DNA of 62,056 bases, the filler included, from Sphacelaria rigidula (taxonomy: Eukaryota), in assembly GCA_964200075.2 (NCBI GenBank). It is 7 parts of 7 records of this genome, joined end to end, with 100 filler letters (N's around TTAATTAATTAA, not from the genome) between each part and the next. Parts side by side here need not be neighbours in the genome. Positions count along the whole stretch, not along the records: positions 35,520 to 44,298 come from CAXNAA020010123.1; positions 44,399 to 53,177 come from CAXNAA020010124.1; 5 more parts are not named here. One strand, written 5' to 3'. A program made the position numbers and the translations under genes. Positions 37,431 through 50,196 of this stretch are shown piece after piece (positions within the stretch are counted from its first letter, which is position 1; the number at the start of each line of letters is the position of its first letter). The notes below the pieces were generated by a model. It was given only the letters and a program-made list of their open reading frames with translations, was not told the origin of the DNA and did not search any database.

Positions 37431-39839
37431 TTCGATCCTCGGCGTGGCTTTGCAGTGTACAATATCTGTCGTCTTGAATCGTCTGAAGACTTTTCCTTAC
37501 GGACGATTTTGTTTGCCTGTGGTGTTGGATTTTCAGTATTAAAATACTTGATCCAGTTCTTGGCCTCCAAACAGGGAATATCGCCACCACATGTCTTGAA
37601 CACTGTGCATCACCCCACCGAAAGGAGTCTAGCCCACATTTTCGATTCGCTCGGCTACGAGGCTTTGAAAATGGCACCCGAACGAAGATCCAGCCGGACA
37701 TGAAAAAATGTGAGCACGATGTGGGAAAAACGAAAAATTACCACACATTCCCGCAGACACCGTATTTCTTTATGCCCTGCTAAATTTTTGTTCGGAGGTT
37801 ATTCTCGAAACAACCCAGAGCCATGCGAATCGAAAACGACGGCTAGATTCCTCTTGGTGAGATGATGCAAAATATCTTAAACATGTGATGGCGATGCTCC
37901 CTGTTTGCAGCCAAAACCCGTGTCAAATATGCCCGATCAACAACACCCGCTCCCCGCCGCCCGCCCGAAACAAATAGGGAACGGTCTGAAATAATTTCGA
38001 CCTGTTTATTCCTCCTCAGATCAATAGTCGAACAAGTGGTCCATATATATATGTTGCCTACGTGATCGAACACGTGATTTTACAAATTGGGGATGGATTT
38101 TTTATTGGGGATGAGAACCCGGGGAATTCAAATCTTCGTATTCACACCAAATCTCCGAAATATGGTCCCATTTCTTTACTTGCTGATAGCTATTGACAAC
38201 TACTACACGCCATACAAATTTGGATTTCGATGACCGAAATATTGAGGTTCTCGGTGAAAAAACAACTTTGGCGTCCGATTCGACACCCCAAATTCCCCAA
38301 AATTGGTTCTTCACCTAGGAACCAAACATTTCGGTCATTGAAATCCGAATGTGTTTGGCGTGTAGTAGTTAATAGCTACCATCAAGTGAAGAAATGGAAC
38401 CATATTTCGGAGATTTGGTGTGTATTCGGAGATTTTAGTCCTCCGGGTTCTCACCCCCAAAAACAAATCCATCCCCAATTTGAAAAAATGACGTGTTATC
38501 GATTGTCTTTAGTCCTCAGGTCGCAGACACGCCGCCCTACGACGGGGCATAGACTCTGGACTGACAGTGGTCTTATGGCTGGCCTGGCCTTCACTCTCTT
38601 CCTCCCCCACTCCGGCTTTACTCAAAAGTAGAAAAGTCGTGTCCGAGTTCTGCTACTCAGTTTGAACACTCAACACGACTTTAGTGAGAGGAAAGGAAAA
38701 CGTATGCGCCGACCGCCAATCAACCTCAACCCCCGCCTGCGCTCTCTGTTTCGCTCGTTCCATCCTCAGCAGTTCACACGGCGGTACTTCCGCTCAGTCT
38801 TCTCGATACAAAAAACATGGGGATATACTTTCAATTGAGGGCACGGTTGTGACCGTTCGCGTACGGTGTTGTCCTACTGATTGGTTGACGGCTAATGCTC
38901 TGTGCTCAACACCTTTTTGAAACATGCCCAAAACCTTAATAATTTTATAACGACGTTTTTTAGCAACTAGGAGTAATTAGATGAAACGCGAAAAGCAGCG
39001 TGAAATAAATAGAAGATGCCATGTTACTTGTTTTTTCGACGTCTTGGTCTACTATGTCGTTCTGTTTGACTTTTTTCTGCCCTCCTTTTTTTTCTTCAGC
39101 GAATGTTTCCCTTTTGTTTCTCTTGGGTACGGCTATCATGTGACCACGGCTGGATCCCCTGGGGGTCACTTGAAGTGTGACAATCAATCAATCATGCGTG
39201 GGCTATTCGGCTAATGGAGCCTGGACCACACACCAGAGGTGCACAGTTTCTGTTGGGCGTGCGACGCACTGGTCTATTCGACGATCACCACATCTTCACG
39301 CTCTCGCGATATTTTTTGTCGCCTTCAATGGGAATGTGTGTGTTGTCATCTCATCTATCAACAGCAGATCCTGAAAAATGGGGTTGATCTCCAACATGAG
39401 GTTCAAATGGCATATTTTTTCTGCAGGGATGACGCAAAACAGTGACACAGAGCGAAACCATCCTTCCCCCCCAAACTCTGCGACTGTAAACCATCAGTTA
39501 TGGCTAAATACACCGAACGACTGCGGTGTACACGCGTGTCGATGACGATATCACCAGAGAGGGAAGCAACGACAGAGATGAAGCTCCCCGCTCGCGTCCT
39601 CTGTGTGCTCTCGCTGGGCTATTACCAAACGCTCGTGAGACTGGCATCATGCATGTTACCAGCACGTACCGAATTTCTCATGTGCCGGTAGGTATCCCCA
39701 AAGCACATCGAGCTGCGGAGAGATTTCGCCTCTTCTTGTCTCTGGAGGTCACCAATGCCAAGATCGATTTCTCTCTCCCTCTCTTTCTGGACAGGACGCG
39801 CCTCTGTGCGCTGAAAAGTAGGGCAATGTTCCCGACACC

Positions 39840-40106
39840 GCTACTACTGTTCTATGTCACACACATGCCAGCATGGACGATGCGCTGCGGAAAAAAAACA
39901 GATGATCCAATTCGAAATTTGGGGGTGTTATTCATCGTTGATTTTATCCTAATATATCTGACCATCATGGCGCCCGACCACAAGAGCCTGCCATAGGCCA
40001 GTTGGGGTATGTGTTTGTGAGACATCAAACGCTTGTGGAGACCTTCTTGGCATGCGAAGTGAAAACATATACCTATGGTGGTGACCTGACGGTTGCTAGC
40101 GTGGTG
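39840..40106 (+). repeat. Dispersed repeat shared with 52935-53177
   Basis: gctactactgttct.tgtcacacacatgcc...ctatggtggtgacct...gctagcgt is present in both contigs. Confidence 0.8.
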
Positions 40107-40190
40107 CTGAGGGGTGCGTCAGCTACAGTCTGGAGCTTTCGTTGCTCTACTCTACTGACTGCCGTCTGCAGAGAGTCTGCCGAGAGCGGG

Positions 40191-40704
40191 TCACACATGG
40201 TAACAAAATTTTGTTATGTACCTAAATTCGGAACAGCTATGGACACAAAACAGTTCGGTTTTTCAAAGTACGTCCACATGATTGAAGTGACTCTTGTTAC
40301 CTGAGGAACTGCGGCCTTCCCGTCCCCCCGCCAGGTTTGAAAGAAGAACGACAGAGATTTTGGGAGTGCATGTAACGGCCACGGGGGTACACAGAGTTTC
40401 TCGTGTATGAAAATCCTCGTTTTCCTACCTGCAAACAATTTTATTGCCGTTGTTTTCTTATACGAACGTTAAACTGTCGATTTGTGTTCCGTACTGTACT
40501 CATTGGCGGTTGCCAATGCCAGCAAAGTGCAATAGTGCTGTTCGACAGTATCTTCGAATGTTTGAACGAACCCAAATCGGACACTTTCCCTCGGGAAACA
40601 AGAGTCGTTTCAATCATGTGGACGTATTTTGAAAAACCGGACTGTTTTGTTTCCATAGCTGTTCCGAATTTGGGTACACAAAAACATGTTGTTACCGTGT
40701 GTGA
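40191..40704. mobile_element. MITE with ~125-bp TIRs
   Basis: tcacacatggtaacaa...gtccacatgattgaa versus ttcaatcatgtggac...ttgttaccgtgtgtga. Confidence 0.8.
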
Positions 40705-40739
40705 TTGTTTTTCGCGGCAATTTGCTGTGCTGCCGTGCT

Positions 40740-41250
40740 GCCGTGTGTGTTCTCAACTAGCCAAGGGCCCATTGCACGGTCTTGTGTTTGCTGCTGACTT
40801 AGGCCAAGGCAATGTTAATTTGTTTTTCAACTGCTTTGCTTTTTTCTTTTCGTGACATTTACGGCATAACCGATGAGTTCGTGCTCCCAATTGAACGAGA
40901 CCGCGACAAAGAGAAACACGGGGAAAAAATACCCCGCCGAATGTATTCCTGTTTGAAGTTTTCCATGATCTTCAACAGGCTTTTGTGGTTCGGATTCCTG
41001 TTTCAAGTATTCCATTATCTTGAAAAGTCTCTTGTGGTCCAGGATCGACACCCCGCGAAGAAGGGCCAGTTCGAGCGACGTTTGGCGGCCAGAACACGCG
41101 CCACAGGTATCAGATGACACCTTAACCTGAACGGTAATGCACCGCTGAGCCTTCTTCGCGCACTGCACGAAAAAACGCGGGAAAAAATGCCTTGTCGATA
41201 GAGAAAAATCTGCTAAAAAGCGGTGAAAAATGCAAAATAAAACATGTATA
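40740..41250 (+). repeat. Dispersed repeat, second copy at ~43330-43800
   Basis: cattgcacgg.cttg..tttgct.ctgact, tttgaagttttccat.atcttcaa and ggccagaacacgcgc.acaggtatcagatgac are colinear in both copies. Confidence 0.75.
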
Positions 41251-43055
41251 CAAGGTTCCCCTTCGGGAGGTGGGTACGGGCCTCCCGGGGGTGACGCAAG
41301 TCGAAAGTATAAAGTATACTTCGTACCAAAGTATAAAGTATACTTCGTATGCCTTCTCAGTGCAGTGCAAAAAAGAGCGTGAGAAAAACTGCCTTGCTAG
41401 CAGAGAAAACTCGGCAAAAGTGGTGGAAAATGCGAAAGGATACATGTACACAGTATACATGGGTTGAATAAAGAGAGGGAAAGCGCGCGAGCCATCGCTT
41501 TGTCCGCGACAATCGAGCAGGTATTTGTTGCCCCCCGCGAAAAATAAAGAGACGTGAACAAACAAACACAATTGATGAGGGAGCCTCCAATGACATAGAA
41601 CAATTTTTTCGTGAGATTGAGAGTAGAGGGTACAATTGAGAGTGAGAAGCGGTCAATGAGAGAATTAATCGTTTCAGTTCCGAAATACCCCTCCGCGAGG
41701 CCCGATATGCTTTCTGTAGTAGCATGCCACTGACGCCCTTGATATCCCTGAGTACGATACCGATGTGTAACTATAAGCACAAGCCAGTGATGGAGGCAAA
41801 GAAAGGCACGCACGGAATGAAAAAACGGGCAAGTCAGATCGAACGACCAAAGCCACTCTCAATCAGCGCTTTACTCTCAATCTCACGTTCTTACAGGTCA
41901 CGACTTCGAATGCACACCTTTGGCCACAATTCACCTATCATATCATGTATCCGCATTTTCTAATGTGATGATTGGTACTCGACTTTACTTGAATATAGAA
42001 TGAATAAAGTCGTGAGAAAATCCATGGTTTGGGGCAGGTGAGCAGTGTTGACCAGTGGACCCAGGTCGTCCAGAAAGTGTTTTGGTCCAAAATCGGCTCC
42101 AAGGCGTCGATTTGAGCTCTCGCAACGCACGCTTTATTTAGGGCCTTTATTATGGACAAATAGAAAAATGGGAAAAGGTCTGAATTTCCGGCAATCGCCT
42201 AGGGCTCGTTATTATCGAAATCTACTGTGTGCTGTTAGACATCTCATTGCAGATGGTGCTGATCTCGTCGTTTGCTTGCCTTCGCCGGCAAAATGAAGGA
42301 CAGGGTTATGCTACCTGCCGTGTATGGCGTTCATAACTGTGGCAAACATATTTCTCACAACCTCTCTGTGACACCGGGGGGCAGTCGGATAGGCAAGGGC
42401 GTGATCGACCGGCTCTCTTGGGGTGCTGCAGGAGCACACATGAGTAAAAACACCGACTGTAGAAAGCCTCGTGCATAGATTGCAGCATGCTTGCTTTCTG
42501 TGAGTTTTATGCGTAGATACAACAAATAAAACCACTAGCTAGACACTTTCAGACGGTGCAGTAGCGTACACTCGTAGCAGCACTACAGGCGAGTAGGTAG
42601 CTACTGGATTGTTTAATTGTTTCTGCTCTTCGCTTCGAAAGTGCGTATGTCTGCAAACGACGACCACCGTGGTTGGCCCCAACAGCTCCAACACCGCTGC
42701 CAGGGCACACACGGTCTGAGAAAATAGACACCGCCAACCCGCGGTGCTTTTTACTCTACGATATAGCCCAGGGTGTCACTAGCAAGGTTCCTGATTATTC
42801 TCGCACGCTTGCGAGCGCCACAGCGTCCGCCGAGGGCAGCTCTGCGAAGTATTGCGCTGCGGTCCGAAATATTTGGCGTCCGCCAAACGTGAAGGCTTGG
42901 CGGGAACATTTCGGCGCTCCATTTTGGGAGAAAGCCAAGTGCCAGGTGTGAAAACGCCCCAAATCTTGGCGATCTTCCAAAAAGCTGGGTTGATAATAAC
43001 GGCCCTTGAAAAACACTCTCTTTGCCCGAGAGTTATCGGTATGCCTTGGTCGATG

Positions 43056-43081
43056 TTAGGGTTAGGGTTAGGGTTAGGGTT
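43056..43081 (+). repeat. Interstitial (TTAGGG)4
   Basis: Directly visible. Confidence 0.9.
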
Positions 43082-44486
43082 CGTGGCATCTCCAAGGTAC
43101 CAACCATTGTTTAGGTACATTCCTTTAGGTCCCTTCTGTGAAGTACTTGTGTAGGGATGCATTCTTGTCACAAGGACCTATCTGTCATCCCCGTCACAAG
43201 AGCATCCCTGCGCCGGTACTGCACAGGTGCATCCTTTGAGCGACCGCTCTCTTACGGGTTGCATACTCACAGGGATTTCGTCACCCCCCTGCACTGATCC
43301 TCCACAGCTGACCAACAGTGAGGACGTTTGCCGACGTGTGTGCCTTGTTCAACTTGCCAACGGCTCATTGCACGGCCTTGGTTTTGCTACTGACTAAGAG
43401 GAAGGCAATGTTCAATTGTTTCCAAGTGCTTTGCTCTCATGTTCTCGTGACATTCGCTGCATAACCGCTGTCTTCGTGCTCCCGAATCAACGAGAACGCA
43501 AATAAATACCCCGCCATGAACAGACTGTTGTTGTTTTAGTTCCTATTTGAAGTTTTCCATCATCTTCAAGCGGCTTTTGTGGCTCGGGAGCGACACCCCG
43601 CAAGAAAGAGCCAGTGTGGGCGACTTCCGATGGCCAGAACACGCGCTACAGGTATCAGATGACCCAAACCTAAAGGGTAATGTACCGCTGCGCCTTCTTC
43701 GTGCACTGCAAAAGAAAGCGCGTGATAAGACGCCCTGCCGCCAGAGAAAACTCGGCAAAAGTGGTGAAAGATGCGAAATGATACATGTACTTGTATAGTA
43801 TATGTATGGAATATTCCGAACTCACGAGCGTCAAGCATGCTTTGTAACGAGGCGTCCACGAGTTTCAATGCTGATTTCAGTGTTCAAGTTTCTCCGCACC
43901 CGCCCCGGGAGATGACTGTTCGGGCCAATGCCAATGCTAGGGGTCCGGTTAGCAGATTCGTACTTTGTGCGGGGGTACACATGCGTTCGCGACCGTTCGA
44001 ACGGACGCGCGATCGCGGTGGTCCTGCGATGTTTCCGGCGGGCATGAACATTTCGAGAGAGGATCTTTTCTCACGAGGGCTTGACAAGGCAAGAATACTG
44101 AGACCCTCAAAAAAGACGGACGGGACAGGGGCGCAGCCCCGGGTCCCGTGCGGCTTGTGTGTGTTTGTGTATATATATATACATAGGGTCAATTAGACCT
44201 ACTCTTAAAACAGTACACTTCACAAAACCCTTCAGCTCTACTTCATCCTGCGACATTTTGCTTTTTCGAAAGCTTGATAAGATAGTGCAATGTTTTCCNN
44301 NNNNNNNNNNNNNNNNNNNNNNNNNNNNNNNNNNNNNNNNNNTTAATTAATTAANNNNNNNNNNNNNNNNNNNNNNNNNNNNNNNNNNNNNNNNNNNNCT
44401 ATGGCAAGCAGGATCATGGGTGCCCCCCCCCCCCCCCCCCTATCGTAGGATGACTCCTTCGTCGATACCTGCGATCTGCTTCCCCC

Positions 44487-46984
44487 ATGGCCCACACCCG
44501 GGCAGCTTGGACCACCGCTCCTAACGCGGCAGCTTCAGCTCCTGCGGCTGCAGACATCGACACAGATGCTAAGAGCATCCGTGTCACGCCCCCCACCCCC
44601 ACCGTGGCAGCGACTGCAGCTCCCGACACGGCGGCCGCGGATGATACCCCCATCACGGCTACTGATGCGGGATTGGACACTTCGCCGCAGGATTCTACTG
44701 CCACGGGTTCGGCTCCGGCGGCTGCACCGGGGTCTCTCACGGACGACCGCCCCCTGTTGGGCGTCGAGCATTGCCCGCCGGGCCTCCTGCCCCGGCTCTG
44801 GTTACGTGGTCCCCGCTCAGACCAGGAGCAAATACTTGCTGAGTGCCAGGCATTGCAACCGGCCACTCCCCCTCCGCCGCCCTCACCCCGCCAATCGGCG
44901 GAGGCCGCTGCTCCTACTATCCTTCTCGATGACTTCACGGCACGTCTCACGCGCCGACGTCGAGCCGTCGACTCGGCGACCAGCCGCCAGCAGGCGGCCC
45001 AGGAGACTCTGAATGAGCGTCTCGCTGCCTTTGAAAGGATGCGCGACACCATCCGGCGCGATGAACACCGCCTGCGCCAATACACCGCGGCCACGGCCAC
45101 CGCCACCTCGGCTCTCCGATCCTTGGAACAGGAGCGACACCTTTCTCTCCTGAGGACAACGCCGACCGCGTCAGCGCCTGCTTCTACTTCTGCACTTACA
45201 GGCTCAGCGGAGACCCGTCAGCCCTCGCGCTCATACGCTGCTGCTGCCGCCCCCACGGCCTCGCCTGCGCGCACTTCGCCAGCGCGACCGCAGGTCCCTC
45301 AGGCCTCAATGCCCCCTGCCCTCACACCTTGGCTCCGCCTTCAGGGCAGCGAACGAGCTTGGCTTTCATGGACGCTCCGCCAACTTTCGGGCAAGTATCA
45401 TCGCACCAACGTTCTCCGCGCCTCCGAGCAGGCTTGGCGCTCGCTCACACTGCCCATAAACAGTGTGATCGTCCCCTTCTTTCAGCGAGGGGGACAACTG
45501 CCTAACAACGACCCGGGCGCGCTCACTATCGAACGACTGGTACTGTACCTAACGATTGGTACCGGGGACAATCGTTCCGCCTACGAGACTGCCGCCGCTG
45601 CCCTTTTCACGGCTATGCGTGCCGCTCATAACACGCTATCACCCGACGATGATGATGCTTGGACCACACCCCACCCCTCTCATCACCGTGGTGATGACGA
45701 CGATTTCGACGACGAACGACCCGGCGCCGAACCGCGCCGCGGTCAGGGCACCACCCGTATGCACAACAACGGTCGCCGTACAACCCGGGGCAGCCATAAA
45801 CGCTGCGGCAACCAATCTTTAATCTCGTCTACAACCAGACACCGTCAGTACGCCTCAACGCGATCCGCACGGCCCTCACCGGCCGTCAGATTATCGACTC
45901 CTTCTTCCCAGCAATGGATCAATTTTGTGCCGGCGGGCAAACAGCGCCCCTACTATTCGGCAATTTGGAAAGGCGCATCATAAATTATTTTGATAAGTCC
46001 AATCAGGCAGGCGCCATCAACCGCCTCAGTTCCTTCGCCGTGGCAACAGACGTGCCCTTTGCTGACTACCTACGAGAATTCAAGCTTTTTTTGGTGTCTA
46101 GTGTAACTGGTACTGGCTGACAGAATGGCCCTAGTGGTGCTATGTGTCAGACATATGTTCGCAATAGTATCACTCAGCAATTTCCGACGCTGATGCCGTC
46201 TCTGTTTCCGGGCGCTTTGGCGCACAAAGAGGTGCCTTACGCCTCCGTAGACGCGATGTGGACTGCGTTTATAGATCAAGAACATAAGTCAACGCCTGCC
46301 ATTCGTGGCACACAGTGTTCTTCTGGGTCTTCGCAGAACTTGCGTGCCGCATCCAAGAGTACCTCCGGGTCTCGTGGACGCACTCACACTTTTTCCGGTA
46401 ATACTGGGCACGCAATTCTCTCGGTCGTGTCTGTTCATAGCAAAAAAGACCCCTTCCGAGCAAGCTTCGACGCTTGGCCTTATTCGGCAGATACTTTTGA
46501 TGAAGTTTATGTCGTTTCCACAACTGCTTTCATCACGAATGACCCACATTTGTGGACCCCCTTGCTTTCGCCTTCGGCTCACAAGGATGCTTTTCGTCAC
46601 CATGCTAACACATGTATCAACTGTAATGGTACTGGCCACAGTATGCGTGACTGCCCTGAATCTTGCATCAATACTTTTTCGCTCATGAACCCTGAAATTC
46701 AGAGCAACGGGCCGGCGTGGCGCCGATGGCAAAAACGCATGCGCGAGTATCGTACACCGTCTCGCCACCATCGCCAGCCTTACCACAATCATAGCGACTC
46801 TTGCTCAAATCGCGACCGTCGCCACACCACCAACACCGTCTCAGGTACTCGCCATCGAGATGGTTCTTTCCGCCCTTCTCAGTCTTCGCATGGTCCTCAC
46901 CAGCGAACGGGGCCGACTCACGACAACTCAAACCCCAATGCCAGAAACCTTGGCTCTTTCATGACAGATCGCAACGACCCATGA
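44487..46984 (+). pseudogene. Gypsy gag-like region (Ala/Pro-rich N-terminus, coiled coil, CCHC knuckle), frameshifted
   Basis: ORFs 44487-45983, 45914-46120 and 46142-46984. CINCNGTGHSMRDC fits CX2CX4HX4C. Confidence 0.8.
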
Positions 46985-48119
46985 CACGCCGACGACGGCG
47001 TGAAGTCTTCGGCGCCGCCGATAGCAGAATCGAAGACTCATCCAACACCCACCGCCGCTTGGATGACAAAACGTTCTCACCCGAACTTCTCCACACTATG
47101 TACGAGATCGAATGACGGCCGTTCTTCTCGACCCTCGTCTTTATCTTCATACACACAGCGTAACCGTTGTGTTGACTCACCACCCAGCTCTTATGCTTGG
47201 CTCCAGACTTGGTCCTCCGGGACTAAGTATAAATCTGAGGTGTGGGAAGACCGACCGCGGACCCTTGAGGCACAGGCTTTCCTCAACAACCGCACGCACC
47301 GGTTGTAGCAGACTTTCTTCGACTGGTTCTGGTGTTGATGGTTCGAAACTGACCACTTCAACCCCTTCGACTCCTACCCAGCCTGATCGCAGTCGATCTT
47401 CGCGTCGCCCTTCTGCAGCGAAACTACCCCGACATACAACGGACATCACTCGTCCCCTTTCACATTTAGCAGTGCCCTTTGTACCGAGCTTGCCAGCGGA
47501 CAGTCCAAAAGTTTCGGCCTAGCATGCCCCGATGCTGACAACATCACCTCAACTGGACGCAGTTGCAGTTTCCCAAGAAGTTTTGGAAGTTCCTAGCCAT
47601 TTGTCACGGCACGAGAGGAAGCCTCATCGTCATGCCCCCAAGGTCGCGCGAGCATTGACACGCCCCCCTCCCTTCAGCGGAAAATTCCGATCTTATTCTC
47701 CCCAAAAAGCGGCGACTTTGAGCTCGATGACATTTGCCAGGCATCCAAGAGGGGTCCAAGTCGAACCTGTCAGACGGGATCGCTTCCTCCCCTGATGGCC
47801 CCAGTGGCACTTCGCAGCAATCTATTTTTAATGATGACCCTTGTACTTCCAAGCCAGTCATCTACGAGATTGATCAAAATCCTGATTCACGCTGCCCTTC
47901 ATGATCGGATCAGACCCCCGCGCTGTCTCCCGATACCTTTGAACCCCCGCGGATCACCCGCCATCCGTTTTCACGGTCAGTCCGACTAATCCTGACCAAT
48001 TCACGTTTTCTGAACATGGCCCTGACCTCATCGGTGGTAAAGTGTCCGTTGATCTTGCCACCTTCACTACCCGCGTCGCATTACACTACGGCCCTTACGC
48101 CACCACGCGCGCCAAGTGC

Positions 48120-49440
48120 GTCTCGTTGCTAGACAGCGGTAGTGCGCATTCCTCAAAGAATCCATGTGGAACCATATGAAGCAGACTAGCGTTGCTTCCG
48201 ATGTTTGCAAAATCACCACCAAACCTCGCGTTTGGAGCTGGTCTGATTCAACACTCGTCTTCGCCATGGGCCTCATCCCTCGTGGTCGTCCCCAAAAAAG
48301 ATGGCAACATACGCATCACCGTGAATTACAAACGGCTGAATCGCGTCACTGTGGTGGGAAAACTCTCCATACCTCGCATCGACGAAGTCTTTGACTCTCT
48401 CGGCGAAGGAAAAATATTCATCACTTTCGATCTCGCATCTGGATTTTTCCAAAACGCAATTCACCCCGATGCAGTTCCCTTGACAGCGTTCTGTACATCT
48501 TCAGGGCTTTATGAATGGCTTCGTATGCCACAAGGCGCTGCCACAGCACCTGGCTGCTTTCAACGCCTCATGCAACGCGTTACTGACGGTCTCGAGCATG
48601 TTATTATGTATTTAGACGATGCTATCGCTTTTGATGCCTTCCCCAAGGCGCATGTTCGCACTCTACGGGAATTCCTCTCCCGCTTGCGTACACACGACTT
48701 GAAATTGTCTCCATCCAAAGCTCGACTCGGAGCAACTGAATTTGATTTTTTGGGACACTTTATCTCTCCTGCTGGATTGCACCCAGACACGAACAAGGTC
48801 AAGGCTATGACTGATATGCCCATGCCCACCAATATTTCGCAGCTTCGCTCGCTATTGGGCGGACTTTCTTATTATCGCAAATGTTTGTCCAACTTGTCCA
48901 AGCGGATCCGGCCCATCACCGATTTATGGAAGAAAAACGTCCCGTTTGTCTTCACTAAAGAAATGGAAACCACCTTCCGCAAATTGCTCAAAACACTGAC
49001 CGAAAAACCGGCTCTTTATTTTCCGGATTGGGATGCGGTACGAGACGGCTCACGTCTTTTCCAACTACACACCGATGCTAGCACAGATGGGTTCGGCGCA
49101 GTTTTGAATCAGCCCCAATTGGATGGCTCTGTCCGACCTATTTTGTACATCAGCCGCGCAACCCTCCCCAACGAGGCAAACTGATGTACACTCGAACTCG
49201 AAGGCGGAGTCATAACTTGGACTATTAAACGGTTTCGACAGTACTTGTTCCACGTGCCTTTCCACATCTATATAGATCACGGAGCTCTTGAACAACTCGC
49301 TAATGTTGGAGAACATAACCCCCGCGTACAACGGTGGCTGGAGTTCTTGACTGCTTACCAGTACACTGTTAAGATCGTCCGGGCAAAACCAACGGCAATG
49401 CTGACCTTCTTTCACGCTTGCCTCTGCCCCCTAGAGCGGT
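48120..49440 (+). pseudogene. Gypsy protease remnant, reverse transcriptase and RNase H
   Basis: LLDSGSA at 48126 is only ~100 bp before the RT start, implying an internal deletion. RT motifs are SSSPWASSLVVVPKKDG, DLASGFFQ, MPQG and YLDD. RNase H motifs are LHTDASTDGFGAVL, ELE (after a TGA at 49182) and IDH. Confidence 0.95.
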
Positions 49441-50196
49441 AGATTTCAGTCCCGCTTGCCGCTTGACTGAACCTGATGAACCAGGTGTCTACCCCATTCG
49501 GCGTCTTTCTACGCCCACCTAGGCGCTTGACCTGCAATGCCCTGAAACAGGTCTGCACATGGAAGGCCCCCAACCTCTGCCCCCTGATGCAGTTTTGGAT
49601 GGCTTAGCGCCCACAGCTGCTGACTACTTTGCCGACTTCCGCACTTTCGGCCCTCGCGCGAACATCTCGGCGCCGCCACCACCAACTGTTCACCTCATCT
49701 CCGACAACACGCGTTCTCGGTCGGCAGCTCGCGCAAATTCTTCGCGTGCCGTGATACCACCGCCGTCGCCTCGTGCCCCCACGAGCCGTACAACACCTAC
49801 CACAACCGGCCACGCGCCCACTGTTGTACCGACAAAGTCAGCGCCCCTTGCGCGCCCAACGCGCCGATCACGTTCACCAGTTCGCGCTACCCCCCCGCAG
49901 CCTTCTGGGAATCGCCCTGGACCTGCGCCTCTGACTCGCGGTCCGCATACGTCAGATCCGCTTCCGGACCCAATATTGACGTCGGCAGCACCCCTGCTTC
50001 TTCACCTGTACCACACACCCCTGAGCCACCATGTTTGGTTGGCTCTCCGGCTGAAGGACAACTTCGAGAATTTCTCGCTAGCTACTCTCACCGCGATTGG
50101 GCTCGCGACCAACAACAGAAACCGCTCTGTCGCGCGACAATGCGGTATTGACGACTTAACTGTCCCACCCTTTTCCCGGTTGAGATCCTGACAACC

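Noticed and set aside
44414-45106. 230-aa antisense ORF over Gypsy gag
   Set aside because: It is a shadow ORF of GC-rich coding sequence.
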